Source of the DNA: Escherichia coli
GTDB lineage: Bacteria; Pseudomonadota; Gammaproteobacteria; Enterobacterales; Enterobacteriaceae
Assembly: GCF_024700885.2 (NCBI RefSeq)
Contig: NZ_CP117014.1
Direction: 5' to 3' (one strand)
DNA length: 64,000 bases
In this document: one piece after another, positions 45,306 through 54,361 of the stretch
Position numbering within the stretch: position 1 is the stretch's first letter
Layout: the number at the start of each line of letters is the position of its first letter
Notes under the pieces: model-generated
Databases searched by the model: none
Seen by the model: the letters and a program-made list of their open reading frames with translations, nothing else
What the model was told of the DNA's origin: nothing
Program-made: the position numbers and the translations under genes

Positions 45306-46400
45306 TCACTCAATGATTTTTTCTGCTGTCAGCCAGCTAATTTCTTGCCTGTCTTTCGGCGGTTTTAGCATGTGGGCGTATTCAGCGACATTCTCCCACG
45401 GAATTGTTTTTGCCCACTCAACGATAGCATTGTGATCTGCAGTGAAGAGTGGAATGGTGTGCGATTTCAACCATTCTAATGTCGTGACGCCATGTTTTTT
45501 GGCGTGGTGCTGCGCATGATGCCGGGCTATCACTCGTAATGGTATTGTCCATTCACTACCATCAGGCATCGAAAAGCGCATTGTCTTCGGCATATCTGAT
45601 TCAAGAACAGCCTCCCTAATACCAGGGAACTCACCAAGAATCATACGACGATAGTCATCACTATTTCGCCCGCCATACCTTTCGGCAAAATGATCAAGAT
45701 ATTCTTGGGTAATAAATGGTGAATCCTCCGCACTCAGCTTAATGGCTTTATATACACCACTCGGATTATCTTCAGCTAAAGCACGTCCATGATGTGAATC
45801 ATAAAAAAAGCCTATTTCCTCTGGTGACGGAATTGAAGTGAGCAATATGCGTGAATCACCACTAGTCATGCTTGCCCACACAATGCTGTATGCCCGATCG
45901 CTGATATGTGCGGAATCCACAATAATGAATAAAAGATGGTCGGCGTAGTGACCTGCAATGCTATCTTCATAGTTAAGGCGGAAGTTACAAAAGCACATTC
46001 CCCAAAATTCATTGAACATCAGACCGCTATCACCGACCTTAAAATACTCAATGATAAAAGGTTGTTTTTTCAGCAATGCCTCCCAACATTGCCACACATA
46101 TGCAACAATTCCTCTTTTGCAAACATTTGATTTTGGATAAACAATTACTGTCCGGGAATCAGGATACATAATCGTATAAAGGGTACTAATAACAGCAAGC
46201 ACTTGCGGTCGTCCGATCCCATACGGAGTGGTGACAGTAGCTTTTGCATTATTGGGCTGTATAGCTTCAACAATTTGTTGTTGCTGGTGGCTTAAATCAA
46301 TATCAAACAATTCTTTTGCTGCCAGTACCCAATTGTCTTTATATTTCTCCACCAGCGACAGCCAGCGCGGATCTTTATAAATATTGCTCTTAGTCGCCAT
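45306..46400 (-). CDS. terminase large-subunit (PacB) ATPase-domain paralog with degenerate Walker motifs, no nuclease domain
   Basis: The likely start is MATKSNIY at 46400 (RBS aaggaag). It aligns to the PacB-like protein of this window (DPRW, SHQQQQI, FYDSHH, SPF.T, GEFP). Walker A GHGTGKSS is replaced by PYGIGRPQ, and Walker B LILDEAS by IIVDSAH. Confidence 0.6.
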   Translation of the reverse strand: MATKSNIYKDPRWLSLVEKYKDNWVLAAKELFDIDLSHQQQQIVEAIQPNNAKATVTTPYGIGRPQVLAVISTLYTIMYPDSRTVIVYPKSNVCKRGIVAYVWQCWEALLKKQPFIIEYFKVGDSGLMFNEFWGMCFCNFRLNYEDSIAGHYADHLLFIIVDSAHISDRAYSIVWASMTSGDSRILLTSIPSPEEIGFFYDSHHGRALAEDNPSGVYKAIKLSAEDSPFITQEYLDHFAERYGGRNSDDYRRMILGEFPGIREAVLESDMPKTMRFSMPDGSEWTIPLRVIARHHAQHHAKKHGVTTLEWLKSHTIPLFTADHNAIVEWAKTIPWENVAEYAHMLKPPKDRQEISWLTAEKIIE

Positions 46401-47157
46401 CTGCCACTTCCTTAACTTCTTCTTTGGCCTGTTCTGCAATCGCCGCACGGCATTTCGCCCTGGCTGTAGCGATTGCTTCAGCTCGCACATCGTCTGGAAT
46501 CGTTGACGTGATATACATATCCAGTTCTTCGGCACGGAATACTGTTTGGTCCAGATATTCGCGTAGCATCCAGGTAAATTCGAAATCACACGCGATAATC
46601 TCTGCGCTACCTTCTGCACCATTTGGGAAATGAATAAATGCCTGTTTAGCCAAACCGATAACACGACATGCGGTTGCCAAAACAGCGACAACTAGGTTTA
46701 CATTTTCACACGCTACGGGCTGGTTAACGCCGGAGATTACTCCATTTAACTGTCGGTTATATGGAAGGTAGTTTGAGATGCGTTCTACGCGCCATGTGCC
46801 AGTCAGGCTGCCATTTTTAAATATAATTGGTGTAACGGATAGCCCAAGCTCGCGTATAAGTCGTTGCGCTATAGCAGGATCATTAAACAGGTCTAATGCT
46901 ACACATTCGAAAGACTGCGCAAGGGCAAACAGTTCTTCCAGAGAGTAGTCTTTGCCCCTGGCGGTGATGTAACGACGAACGCCGCTGTCTGCATCACTCC
47001 ATATAGCTACGCCATGCTCTTCATTCAGCTCTTCATTAAAGCCGAGATACGTCATGATAGTGCGTTCAATCGTGTCAAACGGCAGTGACATGTCGGCGTT
47101 AACAGCCACCAGCAGGCCATTACGCAAGCGGTATTGAATTGTTTTAGTGCTTTCCAT
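46390..47157 (-). CDS. hypothetical protein
   Basis: 255-aa ORF overlapping the downstream start by 11 nt. Confidence 0.4.
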   Translation of the reverse strand: MESTKTIQYRLRNGLLVAVNADMSLPFDTIERTIMTYLGFNEELNEEHGVAIWSDADSGVRRYITARGKDYSLEELFALAQSFECVALDLFNDPAIAQRLIRELGLSVTPIIFKNGSLTGTWRVERISNYLPYNRQLNGVISGVNQPVACENVNLVVAVLATACRVIGLAKQAFIHFPNGAEGSAEIIACDFEFTWMLREYLDQTVFRAEELDMYITSTIPDDVRAEAIATARAKCRAAIAEQAKEEVKEVADGD

Positions 47158-47163
47158 GTCAAA

Positions 47164-47604
47164 TCACTCCACAACAAACCAGTCACAGGCCAGCAGGTCG
47201 CCAACTGAAGGCACCCACGGAACAACTACACCTTGTGCATTTTTTAAGGCGAAATAAGCACCATACGGAACGAGGTCGCCGGGGAAATATCCCTTAATGG
47301 CTTCCATTCGTGCCGGGTACTGTCCTTCAGGAACCAGCCAGCAGAATTGGTTTTCGCCGTTCCACCCGCGTCGAGCAACTTTCTTGCCTTCCTTCAGCCA
47401 CATCAGCGCGTCTGAAAAGTCGGCTGCTTCAAGGTCGATTTCTTCTTGCTGGGTGGTGATGCCACCAGCAGAAATAGTTACGCTCCCGGTAAGATTAATC
47501 ATCACGCCGTTGTCATCCGTAATGATGACCGTGGTTCCATTTTTTTTGTGAGCTTTGTATTTGGGACGGAACTTAAAAAGCTCTTTCGTTGCCATGTTAT
47601 TCAT
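47164..47604 (-). CDS. DUF2829-domain protein (Tad2-family-like) with N-terminal extension
   Basis: The C-terminal FSDALMWLKEGKKVARRGWNGENQFCWLV...YFALKNAQGVVVPWVPSVGDLLACDWFVVE fits the DUF2829 pattern (F..AL..lK.GkkvaR.gWng ... W.ps..DllA.DW). Confidence 0.6.
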   Translation of the reverse strand: MNNMATKELFKFRPKYKAHKKNGTTVIITDDNGVMINLTGSVTISAGGITTQQEEIDLEAADFSDALMWLKEGKKVARRGWNGENQFCWLVPEGQYPARMEAIKGYFPGDLVPYGAYFALKNAQGVVVPWVPSVGDLLACDWFVVE

Positions 47605-47618
47605 AGTCTTTTCTCTGC

Positions 47619-48113
47619 TTATAACTTTTCGTACTGAAGCGGTGAACGCTTAATTTCAAAGTGGCCTTCCGATGTGCTACCAAAGCCACCAGCACCACGC
47701 TCCGTTTCGTTGAGTTCCTCAACCTCGACTAGTGAGACTTGTTCAACACGCTCAAAAATTCCTTGCATGACAGCCATTCCAGGCTTGAGACAAACGCCTT
47801 CCCCGCCGGGATCAGTAATCAGTTTTGCCATGATTTCGCCGCGATAATCGGAGTCGATAATTCCTACGCAGTTAGCCAGGCGAGTATGTTTTTTGCAGCC
47901 CAATCCTGATCGCGGATAGAGTTTCAGACACCAGCCGGGCGGGATCTCCATAGCCAGTCCGGTATACACCCACCAGCTTGAGGAAATTGCACCATTGCTA
48001 TCGACGCATGGTTTTATTTCAACAGCCTCAAAATCCATCGCCGCCGATCCGGAGGTGGCATAAGCTGGAAGTTTTGCTGCCGGATGTAGGCGTTTCACTT
48101 TTACGTAAATCAT
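47619..48113 (-). CDS. dut: trimeric dUTPase
   Basis: Motifs present: SAAMDF, PRSGL, GIIDSDYRGEI, RGAGGFGST. Confidence 0.85.
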   Translation of the reverse strand: MIYVKVKRLHPAAKLPAYATSGSAAMDFEAVEIKPCVDSNGAISSSWWVYTGLAMEIPPGWCLKLYPRSGLGCKKHTRLANCVGIIDSDYRGEIMAKLITDPGGEGVCLKPGMAVMQGIFERVEQVSLVEVEELNETERGAGGFGSTSEGHFEIKRSPLQYEKL

Positions 48114-48592
48114 TGTTTTTTAGCTCTCTGCGTGAAGGTGTAAACCCGACGTTTGATATGTGGAACGGTAGGAACAGGAAGACAGGAACTTTCAATAACT
48201 CCTTGCTCATCCAGCGATCGCACCGCCCGCAAGAACTGCGACGTGTCGCCGCCAAACTGGCGGGCATAGGTGCTGCCGTTATGAAGTATTTGAGCTATTA
48301 CCCGAGTTTTTGTCTGGCTGTCACGATATGCGAATAGCCGCACGGCCTCTTCTGGCGCAATCGCTAACTGATAGCCTTTCCCGGCACGGTGTCGAATGAA
48401 TCCATGCGCCAGTAGGTTTTTGAGTTCGTTACGAGTGCGAACAGATCCGTAACCCAGGAAGTGTGGATTGATAACGACTGGCTTAAACCATTCCGTAGGT
48501 GCTTTAGCTAATAGAGCTAACAGCTTCCCGGATAATTCTGGATAGGAAGACGGGTAACAATTCAGAGATGGGTAATAAGTTTTCACCGACAC
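48110..48592 (-). CDS. hypothetical protein
   Basis: 160-aa ORF with a 4-nt overlap with dut. Confidence 0.4.
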   Translation of the reverse strand: MSVKTYYPSLNCYPSSYPELSGKLLALLAKAPTEWFKPVVINPHFLGYGSVRTRNELKNLLAHGFIRHRAGKGYQLAIAPEEAVRLFAYRDSQTKTRVIAQILHNGSTYARQFGGDTSQFLRAVRSLDEQGVIESSCLPVPTVPHIKRRVYTFTQRAKKQ

Positions 48593-48927
48593 CCCCTTGC
48601 AGGATATCGACCGGCATTAGTATCCGGTGCAATAAAGCCGGTAGTGGGGCGAGTGAAAGCGAGATTAATCTTCTCGACCATAGTGCGATAATTTTCCTGA
48701 TAGTGGGCCAGGAGTTTTTCGGCGGCAATGATGGTTACTTTCCGGACGTAGCTTTCTGCTTCCTCCAGATTTCGCCAGTTTTTTTCGAGGGTAAACACAG
48801 GGACGGCCTCAAGCCCGGTCATGATGCCGAACACAACGACAGCATGACTGTTCTTAACACCAGCGGCGAAGGTTACGGTGTAACCATCCACCTTGAAGCG
48901 TCTTGATTCCGTGATTTGACTCTGCAA
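48583..48927 (-). CDS. hypothetical protein (first gene of the dut operon)
   Basis: 114 aa. TTG start after a taggaggg RBS. An operator-like box GTGTTAGAAATTT lies at 48985-48997 upstream. Confidence 0.4.
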   Translation of the reverse strand: MQSQITESRRFKVDGYTVTFAAGVKNSHAVVVFGIMTGLEAVPVFTLEKNWRNLEEAESYVRKVTIIAAEKLLAHYQENYRTMVEKINLAFTRPTTGFIAPDTNAGRYPARGCR

Positions 48928-49000
48928 AGCACCCTCCTAAATAGGCGAGGGTACTTTACAGCAAAGGCGTTAATCTAAAAAGATGTGTTAGAAATTTAAT

Positions 49001-50029
49001 TTACGAATCCATCAGGCGGCTATTAGCCCCCACAGACACGCCGCCACGGCGAAGATACCGCATAAGTGTTTCCGGTTTCTTCCAGGTTCCTTCCTGCATG
49101 ATCTCCACCATAGACACCTGCTTTTCAGCCATATCAATAGCGGCCCCGACGCGTGCACTATGCCCGGTCCACGTCCGGTATCTTCCTTTGTTTGGCGTAG
49201 CATCTCTTTTATTCAGCAACACCCAGGCGTCGCTGAATATTTTCTCCATTGCAGGTGCAGTAAGGGGCGTTGTCGTGATCCTGGCCTTATTGCTACGGTG
49301 TATCGGCGGGAACAGCACTGCGTCAGGATGTTCGCGAAGCCCGGAAACATCCAGCCAGTCATTCAGCACAGCGGTAGTGCGACGGGAAAGCACCTTATCA
49401 AGCCCGGCGGCGGTCGTTATTGTCTTCGTGTGTGAAATATGTAGCGTGACAGTGTCACCTGTTTGATCCAGATCTCCTACACGAATACGCGAGATTTCCG
49501 ACATACGCATCAGCGTATTGTATGCAACAAAGAGAAAAGCCCGGTTGCGCAGGTCCACCAGCCGTTCTGACCTGGACAACAGGACGTCGAGCAGTTTCAG
49601 ATCGTCCCACCGAAGCGGTATAGCCTGGCCTGTTCGTTCGCCTTTTTCAGTTGCCGCTTCGCGCCGGATGCGCCGCATAGCCAGAGAAACACTTTTATCA
49701 TCCGAAAGTGGCGGAAGGCCACAATGCGAAAGCAGCATATTCAGCATGGCGTAGTGCTTATCAATGGTGGTCGAAGCCAGATCGGCATCATGCAGCTGAA
49801 GAAAATACTCGCGGGCCATTTCTGGTGAGATCGGAAACCAGGCAAGCTGGCGAGCGTGACACCAGCGCGCCCATGAATGAAACACCAACCGGAGGTCGCG
49901 CAGAGTATTCGGCGCATAAGCCCCCTGGTCATTCATGAACCGCATAAAGTTTTCTGCAGCCTCCTGGTACTCTTTGCCAATGTTGCGCAGAAAACCACCG
50001 GAGCTGCCAGAGATAATTAATTCACTCAT
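49001..50029 (-). CDS. dre: Dre tyrosine site-specific recombinase (Cre family)
   Basis: 342 aa. MSELIISGSSGGFLRNIGKEYQEAAENFMRFMNDQGAYAPNTLRDL... matches my memory of phage D6 Dre. The cognate rox site lies upstream. Confidence 0.9.
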   Translation of the reverse strand: MSELIISGSSGGFLRNIGKEYQEAAENFMRFMNDQGAYAPNTLRDLRLVFHSWARWCHARQLAWFPISPEMAREYFLQLHDADLASTTIDKHYAMLNMLLSHCGLPPLSDDKSVSLAMRRIRREAATEKGERTGQAIPLRWDDLKLLDVLLSRSERLVDLRNRAFLFVAYNTLMRMSEISRIRVGDLDQTGDTVTLHISHTKTITTAAGLDKVLSRRTTAVLNDWLDVSGLREHPDAVLFPPIHRSNKARITTTPLTAPAMEKIFSDAWVLLNKRDATPNKGRYRTWTGHSARVGAAIDMAEKQVSMVEIMQEGTWKKPETLMRYLRRGGVSVGANSRLMDS

Positions 50030-50181
50030 GAAACTATTTAACCTCTATATACAGATAACGCTACGCGAAAAATATAAAAATGACAGGGTAGCTATAAGTT
50101 AATTTTCAAGATTCAAGCCTTTGATTCGAGGCGCGTATTTTCAGTGATGTCAATACTGATCATCTACCCATAATTATAGCC

Positions 50182-50213
50182 TAACTTTAAATAATGCCAA
50201 TTATTTAAAGTTA
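50182..50213. other. rox: rox recombination site
   Basis: Exact TAACTTTAAATAAT-GCCA-ATTATTTAAAGTTA: 14-bp inverted arms around a 4-bp spacer. Confidence 0.9.
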
Positions 50214-50423
50214 TAAAATGCCGATTTTTTTTAATCCATCATAGATTGATGATGACCAGTAACACGTTGCCTTCATGGTCTTTAATTTGCGAAGTGTGGT
50301 TTCTACGGTTGGTTTTCTAAAATTGATGACAAAAAATCACAGTTCGATCCTTTACTCACTCTGTTATTCGACATAAATTTGTCATAGTAATTTTATGTTA
50401 GAAAACTAAATCGAGTAGGAATA

Positions 50424-51461
50424 ATGAGTAAGAAGTCGATCGAGAAAGAGTACAAACGGTTCCTGCAAACCGCTGAACGGTGGAAAGAGCTGGTGGTCGC
50501 AAACTCTGTTTTCCATGATACCAGTTATGCTGGCGAGGAATTCCGCCATGTTGCATTAACGCATGACCAAAACATATTAGAAGAAGCTGAAAAATGTCTT
50601 GCTGAATGGAAAGCCTTCGTTGACATGTGCCGCGATGCCGACGGCAAAGCGTCGAACATTGTTGAGTCTGTATATTCTCCGATCCCATTCATCATTGAGG
50701 ACACCAATCAAAGCACGCATGTCGTTGTGCAAAGCGCTACAACAACACGTACATTTACACGTGAACAATTGCTAAAAAAATACGACAAAATCATAAAGAA
50801 AAGCCTTAAAAATAGGGTTTTTTCTCAAATCGTAGGTGATCTTGAAGAAGAACAGCGCTTCTTTGAAGCTGAGCCTGAAGGCGAGATCTACCGGGCGCGT
50901 AAAGAGGCATATACAGATGTTGTGCTGACAACAAACATCGAAGGCAGCAATGCCCTTTCTCGCTTTAGAGTTGGCGCACATGGTGCATTGGTTTTCGCAA
51001 GACTACCGAAGACAACGATCCCCGTTGTCAATAATGTTGGTGAACGCCGGAGCATTACAATTTATTCTGGCGTCGAATCGGTACCTTGCAGCCTTCTCGG
51101 CGATTTTAACTTATATCGTGTTCGTGACCTGGAAAAACACCAGCCAAGCTATGTTGCGAAGTCGTACATCTTAAGGAACATCGATATTCGCAATGAAAGC
51201 CTTAAGCAGAAATCCGCTAAGATGCTGGAGGATGCCGATCCGGCTATTCGCCATATCATTGAGCGTAAGATACGTACATCACGTGAAGCAATGGCAAGGC
51301 TGGATAAAATGGATCTGGAATTGTTAGACGTAATGATGGCCTCTGGAGACGACCTGACCGGCATTAAACTGAATGAAGCTCGTAAAAAATACGGCAAAGC
51401 AATCGAAGAACGTTACGGATACACATTCCCCCAAACGCAGTACGCCGCGAAGCTCTGGTAA
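50424..51461 (+). CDS. hypothetical protein at the position of P1 c1 (candidate master repressor)
   Basis: 345-aa ORF convergent with pacB, as c1 is in P1. The operator-like box ATGTTAGAAAACTA (50395-50408) lies just upstream. I saw no sequence similarity to P1 C1. Confidence 0.45.
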   Translation: MSKKSIEKEYKRFLQTAERWKELVVANSVFHDTSYAGEEFRHVALTHDQNILEEAEKCLAEWKAFVDMCRDADGKASNIVESVYSPIPFIIEDTNQSTHVVVQSATTTRTFTREQLLKKYDKIIKKSLKNRVFSQIVGDLEEEQRFFEAEPEGEIYRARKEAYTDVVLTTNIEGSNALSRFRVGAHGALVFARLPKTTIPVVNNVGERRSITIYSGVESVPCSLLGDFNLYRVRDLEKHQPSYVAKSYILRNIDIRNESLKQKSAKMLEDADPAIRHIIERKIRTSREAMARLDKMDLELLDVMMASGDDLTGIKLNEARKKYGKAIEERYGYTFPQTQYAAKLW

Positions 51462-51470
51462 TCACAACCG

Positions 51471-51490
51471 GCCCCGCATCGCGGGGCTTT
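51471..51490 (+). terminator. rho-independent terminator
   Basis: GCCCCGC-atc-GCGGGGC followed by TTT. Confidence 0.55.
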
Positions 51491-52997
51491 ATATATCCAG
51501 ATCCGGCATTTCGATATCCGCCAGAACCTGATCTCGGAAAGTTGCCATTTCGGCACCAATATCTTCATTAGCAGGCACATAGTCCACCAGCATAGTGAAG
51601 CAGTAGGTATCCCATCGGTCAGGCGATTTGATGTTTAGCTTTTGCCGCATGTGCTCTTTGCGCATCATCGCCATTTTCCCTTCTTCATTCAGTAAAAAGG
51701 GGATTTTTGACGCTTGCTCTGCCGTTTTAGGGTCACTGTCTATCCGCATACGCCCTGACTTTATGGCATCACGCGCCATAATGTTTGCGTAGGCACGCTG
51801 ATTAACAAATCGCTCCCTGTCTTTGTTCGCAAACATGGGTTTTCCCCACCGAATACGTACCGGGTTCGCACCACGACGCACCAACTGCGCACACGTATCA
51901 GAACCAAAACCATCAGCATCAACCGCGATTGTTATATTCGGGTATTTTTCCGGCGTACATTCGTTATATATGAAGTCAGCAAAGGCCAATGGGTCCATAG
52001 TGCCAGGCATCTCCATTACCTTAAAGTTAACAACGCGCCGCTTATCCCTGTGACCTGATACCTTGCAGATGTTGAGGACCGACTTATCTCGCCCATTACC
52101 AACGTCAGCCGTTGCCACCCATCCCCAGTTTTTCTCCAACAACACCTTGCGGCGAGCAGAGCGATCGCATTCATCACGACCAAGCAAATAGCCGTTAATT
52201 TCTCGTGGGAACTGACCAAGCACCTTGACCATGTACTCAATAGAATCGCGCCCACCATATTCCAGAAGCTTCTCCTTGATGAATTGTGGTGTGACGAACG
52301 GTGATTCTTCCGAGTTAAGAACAATTGCTGTCCAGATCCCTTTCGGGTTGTCTGGGGTTTTTGCTCGAGAATGGTGCGAATCGTAGAAATAACCACTTGG
52401 CCTTGTTGGCTGGGATAGCATCAACATCCGGTTATCTTCTTCAGTAAGAGCACCGGTCATTACGCCGATCGCCTTATCAGATATACCAGATGCTTCATCC
52501 AGAATTAGAAGCAAATGTGCCGCGTGTTCCCCCGCCAGCGCTTCTTCGTTGCCGAGTCGATAACCTTTGCAGAGAACTTCCCAAATCCCCTTACGGGAGC
52601 GCTCATAAAACATGGTGTCAGAGAGGACAAAATAGGTCTGCAACCACCCATGACGCTTAACTGCATTCGCCCAATACTGTTTAACGTATTTGAATACGCC
52701 TGTTTTTACCTGGCCTATCTTGTTAGCAACAATGATGACACGGGCATCGGGGAACAGGATCATAAAAATCAACAGCAACATCGCGGTAAGGGACGACTTC
52801 CCCGTTCCGTGTCCGGACGTGACGGTCGTCCTACTCCCCGTTTCCTGCACTGACTGAATGATCTGCTGCTGCTGGTGGGAGGGGAACATCCCAAAAATAT
52901 CGACTACAGCCTGGGTAAAGTTGTAGCGGTATTTGATTACCATATCGCGCCAGCGTGGATCGCTGGTGACGCATTTAATCTTGCGCCCGCCAGCCAT
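51489..52997 (-). CDS. pacB: terminase large subunit (PacB type)
   Basis: 502 aa with Walker A SGHGTGKSS and Walker B LLLILDEAS plus a C-terminal nuclease-sized domain. It overlaps the pacA stop. Confidence 0.85.
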   Translation of the reverse strand: MAGGRKIKCVTSDPRWRDMVIKYRYNFTQAVVDIFGMFPSHQQQQIIQSVQETGSRTTVTSGHGTGKSSLTAMLLLIFMILFPDARVIIVANKIGQVKTGVFKYVKQYWANAVKRHGWLQTYFVLSDTMFYERSRKGIWEVLCKGYRLGNEEALAGEHAAHLLLILDEASGISDKAIGVMTGALTEEDNRMLMLSQPTRPSGYFYDSHHSRAKTPDNPKGIWTAIVLNSEESPFVTPQFIKEKLLEYGGRDSIEYMVKVLGQFPREINGYLLGRDECDRSARRKVLLEKNWGWVATADVGNGRDKSVLNICKVSGHRDKRRVVNFKVMEMPGTMDPLAFADFIYNECTPEKYPNITIAVDADGFGSDTCAQLVRRGANPVRIRWGKPMFANKDRERFVNQRAYANIMARDAIKSGRMRIDSDPKTAEQASKIPFLLNEEGKMAMMRKEHMRQKLNIKSPDRWDTYCFTMLVDYVPANEDIGAEMATFRDQVLADIEMPDLDI

Positions 52998-54361
52998 TAA
53001 TCATCCTCCGGCGGTTCTATCGCGATATCATCATCTCCGGCGTCATACCCTGCATCAGATGCATCATAATCACCGTAAATTTCAGCCGTTGCCGAAGGGT
53101 CAATATCCAGCTCTTCGTCGTTGGCCTCGAATTCTCCAGCTTTACGCTCGCCATTGCGGTCGTAATCTCCGCACCCCAATTCTTCAACAATGGTTGCCAC
53201 ATCCGCCCGGCGCTCTGCCAGCCATTGCGGATGGTTAGCCTGAAGCGTTGCAAACTCCCTTGCCTCTTTGTCCAGCTGTTCATCATCAACATCATTGACG
53301 TCAGAAACAGGTGGTTCGAGAAGAGTGATAGCTTTCGCCGCGCGCGCCGCGAGGATAGCCGGGACGCTGACACCCTGGCGCTCGATGTATTCAGCAACAC
53401 CGATATCATCCAGTTCCTCGCGCTCACGCATACGTATAGCGGCGGCGATAACTCTGGCTGCGCGTGCGTCAGCGCCAATGCGATATTCAATCTCTTTGCC
53501 ACGCTGTTCGGCCTGTAGGCGTGCTAATTCGAGTTTTTCTCTGGCCTCAGCCTCTTTGAATGCTTGCTGGCGAGCGCTCTGACGAAGCTTTTCATCCCCC
53601 TGTCGCAGCTTTTGTTCGGACTGATATATAGCTGCCAACCTACTGATAAAATCATTCATGTAGTAGGCCGCGTCACTGATTAGACCGAGAAGGCGCTGCC
53701 CAGGGTGCATTCCTTCTGGCTCTTTATCGCCCAAGGCGTCTATTTCCGCCTGTAGACGTTCGGCCTCCTGATCAACAATGCTTTGATACTGAAGTGCGCG
53801 CTCTTGCGCCATTTGAATTGCTAACCGCAGGTGTTCTTCTGCGCCGTTCTTCATCATATCGCGAGCCACATTCGTAGTTGGCAATGTGGCACGCTGCACA
53901 GCACCGTCAGGGATCATTGCAGAAGATCCCTCAATTTTTGGGGCGTTTTTATCTTCTTCGGGGATCATTTTCGCCATTTTTTCGCGCAATGATCTCCTGA
54001 CAGATTCTTTTATCTCATTGTTATTATTTGAATTATTTTCATGATCCGAAGTTTTCTTTCTCGGCATACTTCGGAAAGAACCTGCGCCCTGCGAATTGTC
54101 AATTTCTGTAAATTTTGTTTTTTCTGCACCCTCTTCCAGCTTTTTTGTTGCTCTTCCCGCCCGTTTTTTTTCAGGTGATTTGGTGCTTTTTTTTGTTGTC
54201 TTTACCTGCGACCGCACCTCATTTTTTTTCATATTGAGATGCTTTCTGGCTGTATTGAAGCTAAGGCCATGCTCCTCACAGTATTCCTTTACAGTGATCC
54301 CTTTTTCTTCACGCAACGCTATAAAGCGGGCGCGGTGCTCCTCCCAATTAACCAGACTCAT
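52997..54361 (-). CDS. pacA: terminase small/recognition subunit (PacA type)
   Basis: 454 aa. It has an N-terminal HTH-like segment (ITVKEYCEEHGLSFNTARKHL), a basic linker, a coiled middle and a highly acidic C terminus. This is the same layout as P1 PacA. Confidence 0.75.
   Translation of the reverse strand: MSLVNWEEHRARFIALREEKGITVKEYCEEHGLSFNTARKHLNMKKNEVRSQVKTTKKSTKSPEKKRAGRATKKLEEGAEKTKFTEIDNSQGAGSFRSMPRKKTSDHENNSNNNNEIKESVRRSLREKMAKMIPEEDKNAPKIEGSSAMIPDGAVQRATLPTTNVARDMMKNGAEEHLRLAIQMAQERALQYQSIVDQEAERLQAEIDALGDKEPEGMHPGQRLLGLISDAAYYMNDFISRLAAIYQSEQKLRQGDEKLRQSARQQAFKEAEAREKLELARLQAEQRGKEIEYRIGADARAARVIAAAIRMREREELDDIGVAEYIERQGVSVPAILAARAAKAITLLEPPVSDVNDVDDEQLDKEAREFATLQANHPQWLAERRADVATIVEELGCGDYDRNGERKAGEFEANDEELDIDPSATAEIYGDYDASDAGYDAGDDDIAIEPPEDD
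53912..54046. other. pac: candidate pac site: cluster of five GATC-containing hexamers inside pacA
   Basis: GATC occurs at 53912, 53925, 53963, 53991 and 54043. In gene sense the hexamers read GGATCA, AGATCA, TGATCC, GGATCT, TGATCC. P1 pac is built from TGATCA/G hexamers within pacA. Confidence 0.4.

Noticed and set aside
50424-51461. Confident assignment as C1 repressor
   Set aside because: Only position and an upstream operator-like box support it. I see no sequence resemblance to P1 C1, so it is kept as a low-confidence hypothesis.
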